Shown: positions 37,268 to 46,727 of the stretch, one piece after another | Position numbering within the stretch: the first letter of the stretch is position 1 | Layout of the letters: every line of letters begins with the position of its first letter | Source: a virus | Lineage: Duplodnaviria; Caudoviricetes | Strand: one strand, 5' to 3' | Length of the DNA stretch: 51,416 nt | Virus record (IMG/VR): IMGVR_UViG_3300017913_000244 | Span: 1-51,416 of that record | Notes under the pieces: generated by a model | Database searches by the model: none | The model's input: only the letters and a program-made list of their open reading frames with translations | What the model was told of the DNA's origin: nothing | Program-made: the position numbers and the translations under genes

Positions 37268-38068
37268 ATGAAAGCAATACAAATTGTAATGAAAGGAGAT
37301 AAACGGTCTGAAGAGTACGCTGCACTCTCCCGTTGGTCTTTTCAGCGCGCTATCGACGAAGGATACATTGACTCTATCGAAACGTTCGAGGCAATCACAC
37401 CTGACTCAGAAGACTTTCAAAAACACGTAGACAAGTACGTCTGGTCTAAAAGTCTTATGGGTCTTGATATCAAGTCAGGTAAAGATAAAGATGATCACTC
37501 ACCTACAGAGAAAGCGGGAATGTGTTCTCACTGGGAACTTATGCGACAACAGGGTGAATCGGATGAAAAGTTCTGGATCATGGAGCACGACACATGGTTG
37601 ATCGAAGAGCGATATGAGGCGTTCAAACTTCTCGCTGAGTACGCCGAGAACACGCTCTACGCAAACATAGGTCTGTTTATGGGTATGTACTGTATGGACC
37701 AGAGATTTGCTCACTGGGGTCACCACATGCTTGTAAACAATGCCTTTCCCATCAACTGCGGACCTTACTGCGTACTGCAACGTCTTTTTAGAACATATAC
37801 CACACATCATTTAGAGCTCCCAGAGATTGATCATTATGGCATTCGCAACACAGCCTTGCATCCTTGGAATAATTGTGATACAATAGGGGTTGGTCGTGAT
37901 ATAGGAAAATATTTCAATATGCGTGATCACAAGATGACAGGTATACCCACACCAACAACACAATTAATATCTAAGAAACTAAGTGTCACACAAGATCACC
38001 ATGGTTATAAAGATCAGCACATCGAAGAACCTTGGACGCGTCATAAATTTTTTCATGTCATCGATTGA
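37268..38068 (+). CDS. glycosyltransferase family 25-like protein
   Basis: ETFEAI, E.AGMCSHWELM, WIMEHD match the GT25 pattern (GCxxSH...EDD). Confidence 0.6.
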   Translation: MKAIQIVMKGDKRSEEYAALSRWSFQRAIDEGYIDSIETFEAITPDSEDFQKHVDKYVWSKSLMGLDIKSGKDKDDHSPTEKAGMCSHWELMRQQGESDEKFWIMEHDTWLIEERYEAFKLLAEYAENTLYANIGLFMGMYCMDQRFAHWGHHMLVNNAFPINCGPYCVLQRLFRTYTTHHLELPEIDHYGIRNTALHPWNNCDTIGVGRDIGKYFNMRDHKMTGIPTPTTQLISKKLSVTQDHHGYKDQHIEEPWTRHKFFHVID

Positions 38069-38093
38069 CAGGCGGAGCTAAATAAGTTATAAT
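38065..38093 (+). promoter_or_regulatory. sigma70-type promoter for the MTase-CmoA pair
   Basis: TTGACA-17-TATAAT. Confidence 0.8.
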
Positions 38094-38118
38094 ATCGATC
38101 AAATAGTAAAGGTATATT

Positions 38119-39270
38119 ATGACTTATACTCCCTATACTCTAGATGATGTGTACGCCGCATCATCTTTAAAGAAGTTCAATGTCATCTCTACGTTTGCGG
38201 GTGGTGGTGGCTCATCTACTGGTTATCGTCTTGCAGGTGGTGACATTCTCGCGATCAATGAATTTGTCGAAGAGGCAAGAAACACATATCGCGACAACTA
38301 TCCTAACACGCCTATTGTCCCAGATGATATCAAGCAACTCTCTGGTCAAGACTTTTTAGATCTTACAGGTCTTAAGAAAGGCGAACTTGATATACTAGAT
38401 GGGTCACCACCTTGTTCTGCATTCTCGGTTGCAGGTAAGTTATCTCACTCAAAAGAAGGCAAACACTCTGATGGTTGGGGTCAGACTAAGACGTATTCAG
38501 ATGGAATGGTTGTCGAGAACATCGAGGATCTATTCTTTGAGTTTTTACGTGTTGCCAATGATATTCAACCGAAAGTGATCATCGCGGAAAATGTGAAGGG
38601 TCTTACCATCGGTGAGGCGAAAGAGTATTACAATCGTATATTGAACGAATTCGAAAACATTGGGTATGAAGTTGTCTCTGAAGTGATGGACGCACGATAC
38701 TATGGTGTATCACAGACACGATCTCGTGTTATCTTTATTGCAGTACGAAACGATGTCGCAGAAGAAGTTGGTCTTAATTTCTTGACAATGAGTCATTTGT
38801 TTCCAGACCCATCACGTAATGTCGTACCACTAAAAGATGCACTTGTGAATCTAGAATATGATCAAGAAGAAGTAGACTACTTACGTGAAAAATTTGAGCG
38901 TACTGCCTACTGGCGCGATACTGGTTCTAAAATGGAAACATATCCAACTAAAGTATTGACGGGTATGGACTATCATCCAAAGGGTCATCACTTTAATTTA
39001 AAACGTGTGTCTCTTGAGACGCCCGCACCTACATTGACTGCAATGGGTAATGGTGACACAACCGCTGGCGCGTTTCACTGGGCAGAACCAAGAAAGTTGA
39101 CACTTGGTGAATTAAAGCGTATAATGTCACTACCAGATGATTTCAAACTCACTGGTAAATGGAATCAGAAAGCAGAACGTATTGGTCGTATGGTACCACC
39201 ATTGATGATGAAGGCAGTGGCAGAATCCGTATATGAGAACGTATTGAAGGTATACAATGAACGATCGTGA
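38119..39270 (+). CDS. C5-cytosine DNA methyltransferase-family enzyme, predicted carboxymethyltransferase
   Basis: Motif I TFAGGGG, IV GSPPC..FS, VI ENVKG, VIII QTRSR, IX RKLT..ELKR, X IGRMVPP (Arg in place of the canonical Asn). Confidence 0.9.
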   Translation: MTYTPYTLDDVYAASSLKKFNVISTFAGGGGSSTGYRLAGGDILAINEFVEEARNTYRDNYPNTPIVPDDIKQLSGQDFLDLTGLKKGELDILDGSPPCSAFSVAGKLSHSKEGKHSDGWGQTKTYSDGMVVENIEDLFFEFLRVANDIQPKVIIAENVKGLTIGEAKEYYNRILNEFENIGYEVVSEVMDARYYGVSQTRSRVIFIAVRNDVAEEVGLNFLTMSHLFPDPSRNVVPLKDALVNLEYDQEEVDYLREKFERTAYWRDTGSKMETYPTKVLTGMDYHPKGHHFNLKRVSLETPAPTLTAMGNGDTTAGAFHWAEPRKLTLGELKRIMSLPDDFKLTGKWNQKAERIGRMVPPLMMKAVAESVYENVLKVYNERS

Positions 39271-39967
39271 ACCAGATTTTTCTTTTGCGCACCGCGACGA
39301 AGGGTTTGACAACCACATCGATCAGTCGATCCGTGGTTATGCAAATCTACACGCAGATGTAGTGGCGATGTCGCAGTATTTTGTTGAAGACGACAAAAAC
39401 GTGGTTGATATTGGTTGCTCTACAGGTAAGACCATCTATGAGATGATGAAACAGAACAATCAGTTTGCTCCTCATGCGAAGTACACTGGTGTCGAATATG
39501 CATCTGGCTTCATTGATGATATGGATAATCGTTTGACCCAGATTGTCGATGAAGAACTTGGTATCTGTCGATTCATGAATCAAGACATTCGTGACTTCAC
39601 ATTTGAAGACTGCACATTGGTCACGTCACTGTTCACGTTGCAATTTATGCCACCGTCTTGTCGTAAAGATGTTTTGAAAAGAATCTATCACGGACTCGAT
39701 CAGAACGGTGCGTTCATCTTTGCAGAGAAGACCGTGAGTGAAGACGCACGTATTCAAGAGATCATGACGTTCCAGTTTTATGATCACAAACGCAAACACT
39801 TCAGTGGCAATGACATCCTTGAGAAAGAAGTCGAACTACGCCACATGTTGAAACCAAATACATGGAGAGAGTTACACAGTCTATTGATGACTGCGGGATT
39901 TGATTCCAAGAAAATCCAACCGTTCTGGCAGAACCATCTGTTCGTCGGTGCGATTGCAATCAAGTGA
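39257..39967 (+). CDS. cmoA: carboxy-S-adenosylmethionine synthase CmoA-like
   Basis: FDNHIDQSIRGY, DIGCSTG, LFTLQF, GAFIFAEK, HKR and C-terminal FWQ..F..IAIK align with CmoA hallmarks. Confidence 0.8.
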   Translation: MNDREPDFSFAHRDEGFDNHIDQSIRGYANLHADVVAMSQYFVEDDKNVVDIGCSTGKTIYEMMKQNNQFAPHAKYTGVEYASGFIDDMDNRLTQIVDEELGICRFMNQDIRDFTFEDCTLVTSLFTLQFMPPSCRKDVLKRIYHGLDQNGAFIFAEKTVSEDARIQEIMTFQFYDHKRKHFSGNDILEKEVELRHMLKPNTWRELHSLLMTAGFDSKKIQPFWQNHLFVGAIAIK

Positions 39968-39970
39968 GGG

Positions 39971-39999
39971 TTGACAACAACTCTCTTTTCGTTTATAAT
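39971..39999 (+). promoter_or_regulatory. sigma70-type promoter for gp43
   Basis: TTGACA-17-TATAAT, ending 7 nt before ATG 40007. Confidence 0.8.
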
Positions 40000-40006
40000 G
40001 GTGACC

Positions 40007-42472
40007 ATGACTGAATTTTATACATCTGCCCTACGTCGAGGGAATAATATCCTGTATCGCGGTTACAAGAACGGCGAATCTGTCAAAAAGAAAATTACAT
40101 TCAAACCCACACTTTTTATTTCAGGCGACTCGAAATCAGACTGGCGCACTCTAGACGGCAAGTCTGTCGTTGAAATGCAGTTTGATGATATGAGTGCAGC
40201 CACAGATTTTATTTCAACGTATCGCGACGTTGATAATGTTGAGATCTATGGTAATAATAACTATGTCACTCAATTTCTGACACGCAAGTTTCCTAAACGA
40301 ATTGAGTTTGATCGGTCTCTTGTAAATGTTATTAACATCGATATCGAGGTTGCGTCAGACGCTGGATTTCCTGAGCCCGAAACGGCAGATCATCCTGTCA
40401 TCTCAGTTGCGCTACGTGCGAATGACGGCACGTACTGGGTCTGGGGTATGGGTGACTACAATCCTCGAGAAAACGTCTTATACATCAAATGTGATAACGA
40501 ATTTGATCTTCTTACTAAGTTTGTTAACTACTGGTCGACACACACGCCTGACGCGATTACTGGTTGGAATACGCGATTCTTTGATATACCTTATCTGATC
40601 AATCGTATGCGCAAACTGACTGGCGACGACAAGATGTCGAATCGTCTATCGCCATGGGGTATTGTAAGAGAACAGAACATTACGATCAACGGTAAGTCTA
40701 ATCAGGCATATGTTATCGAAGGCGTTGAGTCTCTTGACTATCTTGAAGTATACAAAAAGTTTACTTATACTCAACAAGAATCATATCGCCTTGATCACAT
40801 CGCCCACGTTGAACTAGGAGAACGTAAACTTTCGTATGAAGAACACGGTAACTTGTTCACTTTGTACAAAGAAGATTATCAGAAGTTTATTGACTACAAT
40901 CTGAAAGACGTTGAGTTAGTTCACAAACTGGATGAGAAACTCGATTTGATCTCTCTGATTCTCACGATGGCGTACAAGGCGGGAGTGAACTACACTGATA
41001 CTCTTGGTACCACTAATATCTGGGATTCGATCATCTATCGCATGTTGAACGAACAAAAGATTGCAGTTCCACCTAAGACAGATAAGATCAAGACTCCATA
41101 TCCTGGTGGGTATGTGAAAGAACCTCAAGTCGGGTCTCATGAATGGGTTACATCATTTGACTTGAACTCTCTATACCCGAACATTATTGTGCAGTACAAC
41201 ATGTCACCTGAGACTGTTATGGACGGTATTATCTCTGGTGTCTCTGTAGATGGTTTCTTAGATGGTACTCATGATGTCACGAACGAGAACTATTCTCTTG
41301 CGCCGACGGGGATTCGTTTCTCTCATGATCGCAAGGGTGTAGTGCCTGCCATCATTGAGCAATATTATGCAGAACGTCGTATTATCAAAGATGAGATGCT
41401 CAAGGCTCAACAAGAGATGCAAACTAATCCCAGTAAACAACTGGAGTATCGCATAACCTCACTCAATAATAATCAGATGGCCATCAAGATTTTGATGAAC
41501 TCTCTTTATGGTGCGCTTGGCAATAAATACTTTCGTTATTTTGACCAACGCGTTGCAGAGTCCATTACTCTGGCTGGTCAGTTGGCGATCAAGTGGGCAG
41601 AAAGGACCGTAAACCATGAGATGCAAGAAATTCTTAAAACAGATGAAGATTATGTCGTGGCGATTGACACCGATTCTGTTTACATTCGAATGGGCGATCT
41701 TGTCGATCGTTTTAATCCCGTCAATCCTGTTAAGTTCTTAGATAAAATATGTTCGTCTCATTTTGAAAAGAAACTCGATAAGTCATATGCGAAGATGGCA
41801 GAAATCACGGGCGCATATGTTAATCGCATGGAGATGGGCCGCGAGGTGATCGCAGACCGTGGGATCTGGATGGCAAAGAAACGATACATTCTGAACGTCC
41901 ACAACAACGAAGGTGTCCAGTACACAGAACCCAAACTCAAGATGATGGGCATCGAGGCGATCAAATCATCTACACCTGCTGTTGTCCGTGATAAGATGAA
42001 AGAAATCTTCCGCGTCATCATCGAAGGCACTGAGTCTGATACTCAATCGTTTATCAGTAAATTCAAAACACAATTCAAAACCCTACCGCCCGAAGATGTC
42101 TCTTTCCCTCGTGGCGTTTCTGATCTCGCAAAGTGGTCAGATCGAAACACGGTATACAAGAAGAGCACACCCATCCATGTTCGCGGTGCGTTATGTTACA
42201 ATGCGGCATTGAAGAGTGCGGGTCTTACACAATCATATGAATCAGTAAAAACTGGCGAGAAAATTAAATTTGTGTATCTCAAAGTTCCAAATCGTCTGGG
42301 CGAGAATGTAGTATCATATCCTCTTAATCTGCCCAAAGAACTTGGTCTGCATTCTCACATTGATTACGATACGATGTTTAACAAAACATTTCTTGATCCT
42401 CTTGAGCCAATTCTCGATGCAGTTGGTTGGACCGCAGAACCTGCCGCATCTCTCGAAGACTTTTTCGGTTGA
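40007..42472 (+). CDS. gp43: family B DNA polymerase gp43
   Basis: Exo [32 protein letters not shown]-terminal clamp-binding SLEDFFG; true start probably ATG 40007. Confidence 0.97.
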   Translation: MTEFYTSALRRGNNILYRGYKNGESVKKKITFKPTLFISGDSKSDWRTLDGKSVVEMQFDDMSAATDFISTYRDVDNVEIYGNNNYVTQFLTRKFPKRIEFDRSLVNVINIDIEVASDAGFPEPETADHPVISVALRANDGTYWVWGMGDYNPRENVLYIKCDNEFDLLTKFVNYWSTHTPDAITGWNTRFFDIPYLINRMRKLTGDDKMSNRLSPWGIVREQNITINGKSNQAYVIEGVESLDYLEVYKKFTYTQQESYRLDHIAHVELGERKLSYEEHGNLFTLYKEDYQKFIDYNLKDVELVHKLDEKLDLISLILTMAYKAGVNYTDTLGTTNIWDSIIYRMLNEQKIAVPPKTDKIKTPYPGGYVKEPQVGSHEWVTSFDLNSLYPNIIVQYNMSPETVMDGIISGVSVDGFLDGTHDVTNENYSLAPTGIRFSHDRKGVVPAIIEQYYAERRIIKDEMLKAQQEMQTNPSKQLEYRITSLNNNQMAIKILMNSLYGALGNKYFRYFDQRVAESITLAGQLAIKWAERTVNHEMQEILKTDEDYVVAIDTDSVYIRMGDLVDRFNPVNPVKFLDKICSSHFEKKLDKSYAKMAEITGAYVNRMEMGREVIADRGIWMAKKRYILNVHNNEGVQYTEPKLKMMGIEAIKSSTPAVVRDKMKEIFRVIIEGTESDTQSFISKFKTQFKTLPPEDVSFPRGVSDLAKWSDRNTVYKKSTPIHVRGALCYNAALKSAGLTQSYESVKTGEKIKFVYLKVPNRLGENVVSYPLNLPKELGLHSHIDYDTMFNKTFLDPLEPILDAVGWTAEPAASLEDFFG

Positions 42473-42498
42473 CACATACACTAAGTGTATGATATGAT
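42469..42498 (+). promoter_or_regulatory. sigma70-type promoter
   Basis: TTGACA-18-TATGAT with extended -10 TG, ending 7 nt before ATG 42506. Confidence 0.55.
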
Positions 42499-42505
42499 AC
42501 ATGAC

Positions 42506-43447
42506 ATGTATGAAGTAACCATATTCAAAAATCAATATGATAACAAAACTCATCGTCGAACGTCTTTCCAGAGTTGGTTAGATTTCACGGTGAGTTTGCG
42601 TGATTCATATATGAAACCTGGAGAGAAAGGTGGCGCTAACAGTAGTCCTCTTATTACTCCTAGTGTGTTCGACGTGGGTACGACGCGCAGTAACAAATCT
42701 GTTCTTTATTGGTCTAGTTGGTGTTGCGTTGATGTGGATGATAATATTGACGGCGTTACTGATTCAGAATCTTTAAGAGAATGGTTAAAGAATCGGTTTG
42801 GTCAGTATGACTATATCGTTTATAACACTGCGAGTTGTAGAGAGAATAATATTAAGTTTAGAATTGTGTTTCGTCTAGATGAACGGGTTGAGAACGCTCG
42901 CATTCGTGCATTTTGGCACGCCTTGAATACTGAACTAGGTGAACTTGGCGATCCTCAGACAAAAGATTTATCTAGAATGTATTACGTGCCCGCCCAGTAC
43001 CCTAATGCATATTCGTTCTTTATGATTAACAACGGTGATGCAATTAATGTCTCAGAGTTGATTGCCAAACATCCTTACGTAGAAAAGTCTGGCAATTCTT
43101 TTCTAGATAGACTGCCTCTTGCCATGCAACAGGCAGTGATACAGCACCGTAAAGATGCCCTAAATAACACCGACTATCGATGGTCATCTTATCGTGACTG
43201 CCCATTCTGGCCACGTAAACTTGGTGCAGAATATCAGCAGATCACTGGTACTGGTTGGTATTCAAAGATGTACAAAATTATGATTGCGATTGCAGGTAAT
43301 GCATATAGTAAGGGTTATCCAATCACTGCATCGCAAATCGCAGATCTGTGTCGCGAGTTTGATCGCGAGACTGGTAATTGGTATGAGAACAGACCTCTCA
43401 TTGTAGAGGCAGATCGTGCCTTAGAATATATTTACAAAAACGGATGA
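42506..43447 (+). CDS. AEP-superfamily primase-polymerase-like protein
   Basis: VDVDD (DxD), YNTAS...KFRIVF, DPQTKDLSRMYYVP, helical C-terminal domain. Confidence 0.55.
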   Translation: MYEVTIFKNQYDNKTHRRTSFQSWLDFTVSLRDSYMKPGEKGGANSSPLITPSVFDVGTTRSNKSVLYWSSWCCVDVDDNIDGVTDSESLREWLKNRFGQYDYIVYNTASCRENNIKFRIVFRLDERVENARIRAFWHALNTELGELGDPQTKDLSRMYYVPAQYPNAYSFFMINNGDAINVSELIAKHPYVEKSGNSFLDRLPLAMQQAVIQHRKDALNNTDYRWSSYRDCPFWPRKLGAEYQQITGTGWYSKMYKIMIAIAGNAYSKGYPITASQIADLCREFDRETGNWYENRPLIVEADRALEYIYKNG

Positions 43448-44394
43448 ATGAAATGAAAAAAGTATTAGTAACAGGCGCAGCTGGTTTTATTGGTTCGCAA
43501 TTGGCTGCTAGATTAATGGAACGTGGTCTTGAAGTGAAGGGTATCGATAACTTCAATGATCACTTATACTCACCTCTACTGAAGGCAGATCGAGTGCGAC
43601 ATTTCGGTATCAGTATGTGGGGCTGTGATCTAACAGACGAAATTAAATTAGAAGCACTTCTGCGCGATTTCGAACCCGACACGATTGTTCACTTGGCTGC
43701 TCATGCTGGTGTTCGTGACTCTATGGGTAAAGAGAAACAATATCACGCAAACAACATTGACGGTACACAGAATCTAATTGATATCTGTAAACGATATCTG
43801 CCAGACACACGTATCGTATATGCATCAACATCGTGTGTCTATGCAGGGTCTCAAGTGCCTTGGACCGAAGGACGTGAAACTGGCAAACAGTTGAACCCTT
43901 ACGGGTGGTCAAAGTGGACCAACGAGTGTCAGTTTCAATCATCCGGACTGAACACCGTTGGTCTGCGCTTTTTTACTGTCTATGGCCCATGGGGTCGACC
44001 AGACATGGCGTTGTTTGATTTCACTAAAAACATTCTTGACGAAAATGAAATTACCGTGTATAATTTTGGTGATATGAAACGTGACTTTACTTACATCGAT
44101 GATATTCTTGATGGGATTGAAATCGTATTAGAAAATGATATGATTCCGTCTGGCGAGATTTTTAACATCGGTCGTGGTGAACAAGTCGCGCTCATGGACT
44201 TTATTGGTGAAATTGAAAAGAATACTGGCAAGACAGCAATTAAGAATCTGGCACCTAAACATCCTGCTGATACACTTGAGACTTGGTCAAATACTGCGAA
44301 ACTTCGCAAACTTGGTTACAGTCCTAAAGTAAGTATCGCTGAGGGTGTTGCCCGATTCTATGAATGGTATAAGTCTTATCATAAGGTAGATTAA
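43444..44394 (+). CDS. NAD-dependent nucleotide-sugar epimerase (UDP-glucuronate 4-epimerase-like)
   Basis: VTGAAGFIG, HLAAHAGVR, YGWSK (YxxxK), RFFTVYGPWGRPDMA. Confidence 0.9.
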   Translation: MNEMKKVLVTGAAGFIGSQLAARLMERGLEVKGIDNFNDHLYSPLLKADRVRHFGISMWGCDLTDEIKLEALLRDFEPDTIVHLAAHAGVRDSMGKEKQYHANNIDGTQNLIDICKRYLPDTRIVYASTSCVYAGSQVPWTEGRETGKQLNPYGWSKWTNECQFQSSGLNTVGLRFFTVYGPWGRPDMALFDFTKNILDENEITVYNFGDMKRDFTYIDDILDGIEIVLENDMIPSGEIFNIGRGEQVALMDFIGEIEKNTGKTAIKNLAPKHPADTLETWSNTAKLRKLGYSPKVSIAEGVARFYEWYKSYHKVD

Positions 44395-45353
44395 TGAGAC
44401 AATTTAATAAAAGAAAAAATAACAATACATTCAAGATCGGCATTGTCGGACACGGCTTTGTCGGTCAGGCAGTTGAGTATGCATTTACTCATCCGCTTGT
44501 AGAATTTCAGTTATTTGATCCAAAGTATAATAGTGATGTAGAAGATCTAAAAGACTTGGCACCTGAAGAGCATCCTCATTGCTTTTTCATTTCTGCGCCA
44601 ACGCCGTCTAATGATGACGGTTCTGTAAACTCTTCTATTGTAGAGACTGCGGCAGTCAAGTGTCTGAATTATACAGACGCAACTGTCATCGTTAAGTCTA
44701 CTATCACACCTGATGTGATTGATCGTTTATACGGTGCGATGGATAAAGAGCAGAGAGATCGATTCTGTTACAATCCAGAATTTCTGACTGAGAAAAACGC
44801 AAAGTCAGATTTCGTATCTGCAAAGTTTCATGTCATGGGCGGTACGCCTCAAGCCGTAATGGAAGTTACCGACATTTATGAAATCTTCAGTGGGTGCGAG
44901 TCAAATGAATATCATCGCATGACTGCATATGAAGCATCCTTTGTGAAATATACGATCAATTCATTCTTATCCACAAAGATCACATTCTTTAATCAGTTGT
45001 ATGATCTAGTAAATCTTTATGGTTGTAACTACAATACAATCGTTCGTGCCGCAGGTAAAGATGATCGTGTTGGTCTTGGTCACACACGAGTTCCCGGCTT
45101 TGACGGTAAACGTGGATTTGGTGGTGCATGTTTACCTAAAGACACGAAGGCATTTCTGCGTTTCTCGACACACAAAGACGTTAATGATAATGTTGTATGT
45201 TTTGACTTACTTGAAAAAGTACTTGACATCAACAGTGATTATCGTGTACAATATGACCTCGATGAACGTGAAAAAGTGAACAATATTACATTTGTAGATT
45301 TCGGAGCAAAGAATGTCGATAATGGACAAACTGAAGAAGAACTCGAAGATTAA
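44394..45353 (+). CDS. UDP-glucose/GDP-mannose 6-dehydrogenase-like (short form)
   Basis: GHGFVG, KSTITP, NPEFL, GFGGACLPKD catalytic Cys motif. Confidence 0.85.
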   Translation: MRQFNKRKNNNTFKIGIVGHGFVGQAVEYAFTHPLVEFQLFDPKYNSDVEDLKDLAPEEHPHCFFISAPTPSNDDGSVNSSIVETAAVKCLNYTDATVIVKSTITPDVIDRLYGAMDKEQRDRFCYNPEFLTEKNAKSDFVSAKFHVMGGTPQAVMEVTDIYEIFSGCESNEYHRMTAYEASFVKYTINSFLSTKITFFNQLYDLVNLYGCNYNTIVRAAGKDDRVGLGHTRVPGFDGKRGFGGACLPKDTKAFLRFSTHKDVNDNVVCFDLLEKVLDINSDYRVQYDLDEREKVNNITFVDFGAKNVDNGQTEEELED

Positions 45354-46368
45354 GGAGACTTCTACTTTATCAACGAGCAAATTCTTCACAGAAAAAGATA
45401 TGGTCCCGACAGATGTGCCAATGGTTAATGTGGCACTGTCGGGTTCAGTCAATGGTGGTATCTCGCCTGGTCTTACAGTACTTGCGGGCCCGTCAAAACA
45501 CTTCAAGACATCATTCGCCTTACTTATGGCGGGCGCATATTTAAATGCAAAACCAGATGCAGTCATGTTGTTTTATGATTCAGAGTTTGGTTCGCCTCAG
45601 TCATACTTTGAGCAGTTTGGTATTGATACAGATCGCGTGTTGCACACACCGATCGCAAATGTCGAAGAACTCAAGTTCGACATGATTAATCAACTAGAGA
45701 ATCTTGATCGCGAAGATGATGTGATCATTGTGATTGATTCTATTGGTAATCTTGCGTCCAAAAAAGAACTCGAAGATGCGCTGAATGAGAAGGGTGTTGC
45801 AGACATGTCTCGTGCGAAGGCACTTAAGGGTCTGTTCCGCATGACCACACCTTATCTGACGATGAAGAACATTCCGTTACTTGCGATCAATCACACTTAC
45901 AAAGAGATCGGTTTGTTTCCAAAAGATATCGTCGGCGGTGGTACAGGTATTTACTACTCTGCGGACAACATCTGGATTCTGGGTCGTCAACAAGAGAAGC
46001 AAGGAACTGAGGTTGTTGGTTACAACTTCGTAATCAACGTAGAGAAGTCCCGTTATGTTAAAGAGAAGTCTAAGATCCCGATTGGTGTATCATGGGAAGG
46101 TGGTGTTCAGAAGTATTCGGGTCTACTTGATGTCGCTCTTGCTGGTGGTTATGTCGCTAAGCCTTCTAACGGTTGGTATCAAAAAGTTGACACAACTACA
46201 GGCGAACTCGTTGGGACTAAAGTACGAACAAAAGACACTTTGAGCGCTGAGTTCTGGGAACCTGTATTCGAAACAACTAACTTTGCAGACTTCTTAGAGA
46301 AGACTTACAAGATCGGTTACTCTAGTGAAGTTAACGCAGAACTCATTGCTGAGTTGGAGGAAGCATGA
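45313..46368 (+). CDS. uvsX: RecA-like recombinase UvsX
   Basis: AGPSKHFKT, YDSEFG, DSIGNLASKKE, GGTGIYYSAD. Confidence 0.95.
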   Translation: MSIMDKLKKNSKIKETSTLSTSKFFTEKDMVPTDVPMVNVALSGSVNGGISPGLTVLAGPSKHFKTSFALLMAGAYLNAKPDAVMLFYDSEFGSPQSYFEQFGIDTDRVLHTPIANVEELKFDMINQLENLDREDDVIIVIDSIGNLASKKELEDALNEKGVADMSRAKALKGLFRMTTPYLTMKNIPLLAINHTYKEIGLFPKDIVGGGTGIYYSADNIWILGRQQEKQGTEVVGYNFVINVEKSRYVKEKSKIPIGVSWEGGVQKYSGLLDVALAGGYVAKPSNGWYQKVDTTTGELVGTKVRTKDTLSAEFWEPVFETTNFADFLEKTYKIGYSSEVNAELIAELEEA

Positions 46369-46727
46369 AAGACTTAAATTTAGATAAGCCATCTGAGTTT
46401 CTAGACTATAAACTAGAACCAGTTGTTGTCGATGGAGTTGATGCGTGGAACGTAAATCTGTTACGTTCCCCATATACTGATGTAACTATTCGATATCAAG
46501 GTGTGCGTCTTGATGGTGAGAAAGGTGAAATTAGTTTTAATTTCGATGTTATTGACACACCTGATGAGAATGTGTATAATACTGAAAACGTAGAGCTGCA
46601 AAATTTTGCGGCAGAAGTATTAGAAGATATTTTAGAGGCAGCAATAGAAACTGGCTCTCTCACTGCAAAGGCTATCGATGACGGAAATCAATCTACAACA
46701 GACGATTCTTCGGAATCTACTGACTAA
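46365..46727 (+). CDS. hypothetical protein (gp40 position between uvsX and gp41)
   Basis: 120 aa ORF, ATGA overlap, GGAGG SD; identity suggested by synteny only. Confidence 0.6.
   Translation: MKDLNLDKPSEFLDYKLEPVVVDGVDAWNVNLLRSPYTDVTIRYQGVRLDGEKGEISFNFDVIDTPDENVYNTENVELQNFAAEVLEDILEAAIETGSLTAKAIDDGNQSTTDDSSESTD
46552..46580 (+). promoter_or_regulatory. intragenic sigma70-type promoter for gp41
   Basis: TTGACA-17-TATAAT inside the upstream ORF. Confidence 0.7.

Noticed and set aside
38119-39967. Restriction-modification system
   Set aside because: No endonuclease neighbour; the partner gene is a CmoA-like SAM-fold protein
39971-40006. Track start of gp43 at TTG 39971 (similarly 42485, 49263, 50917, 32018, 34936)
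   Set aside because: The extensions overlap promoter boxes or upstream genes; downstream ATGs fit better
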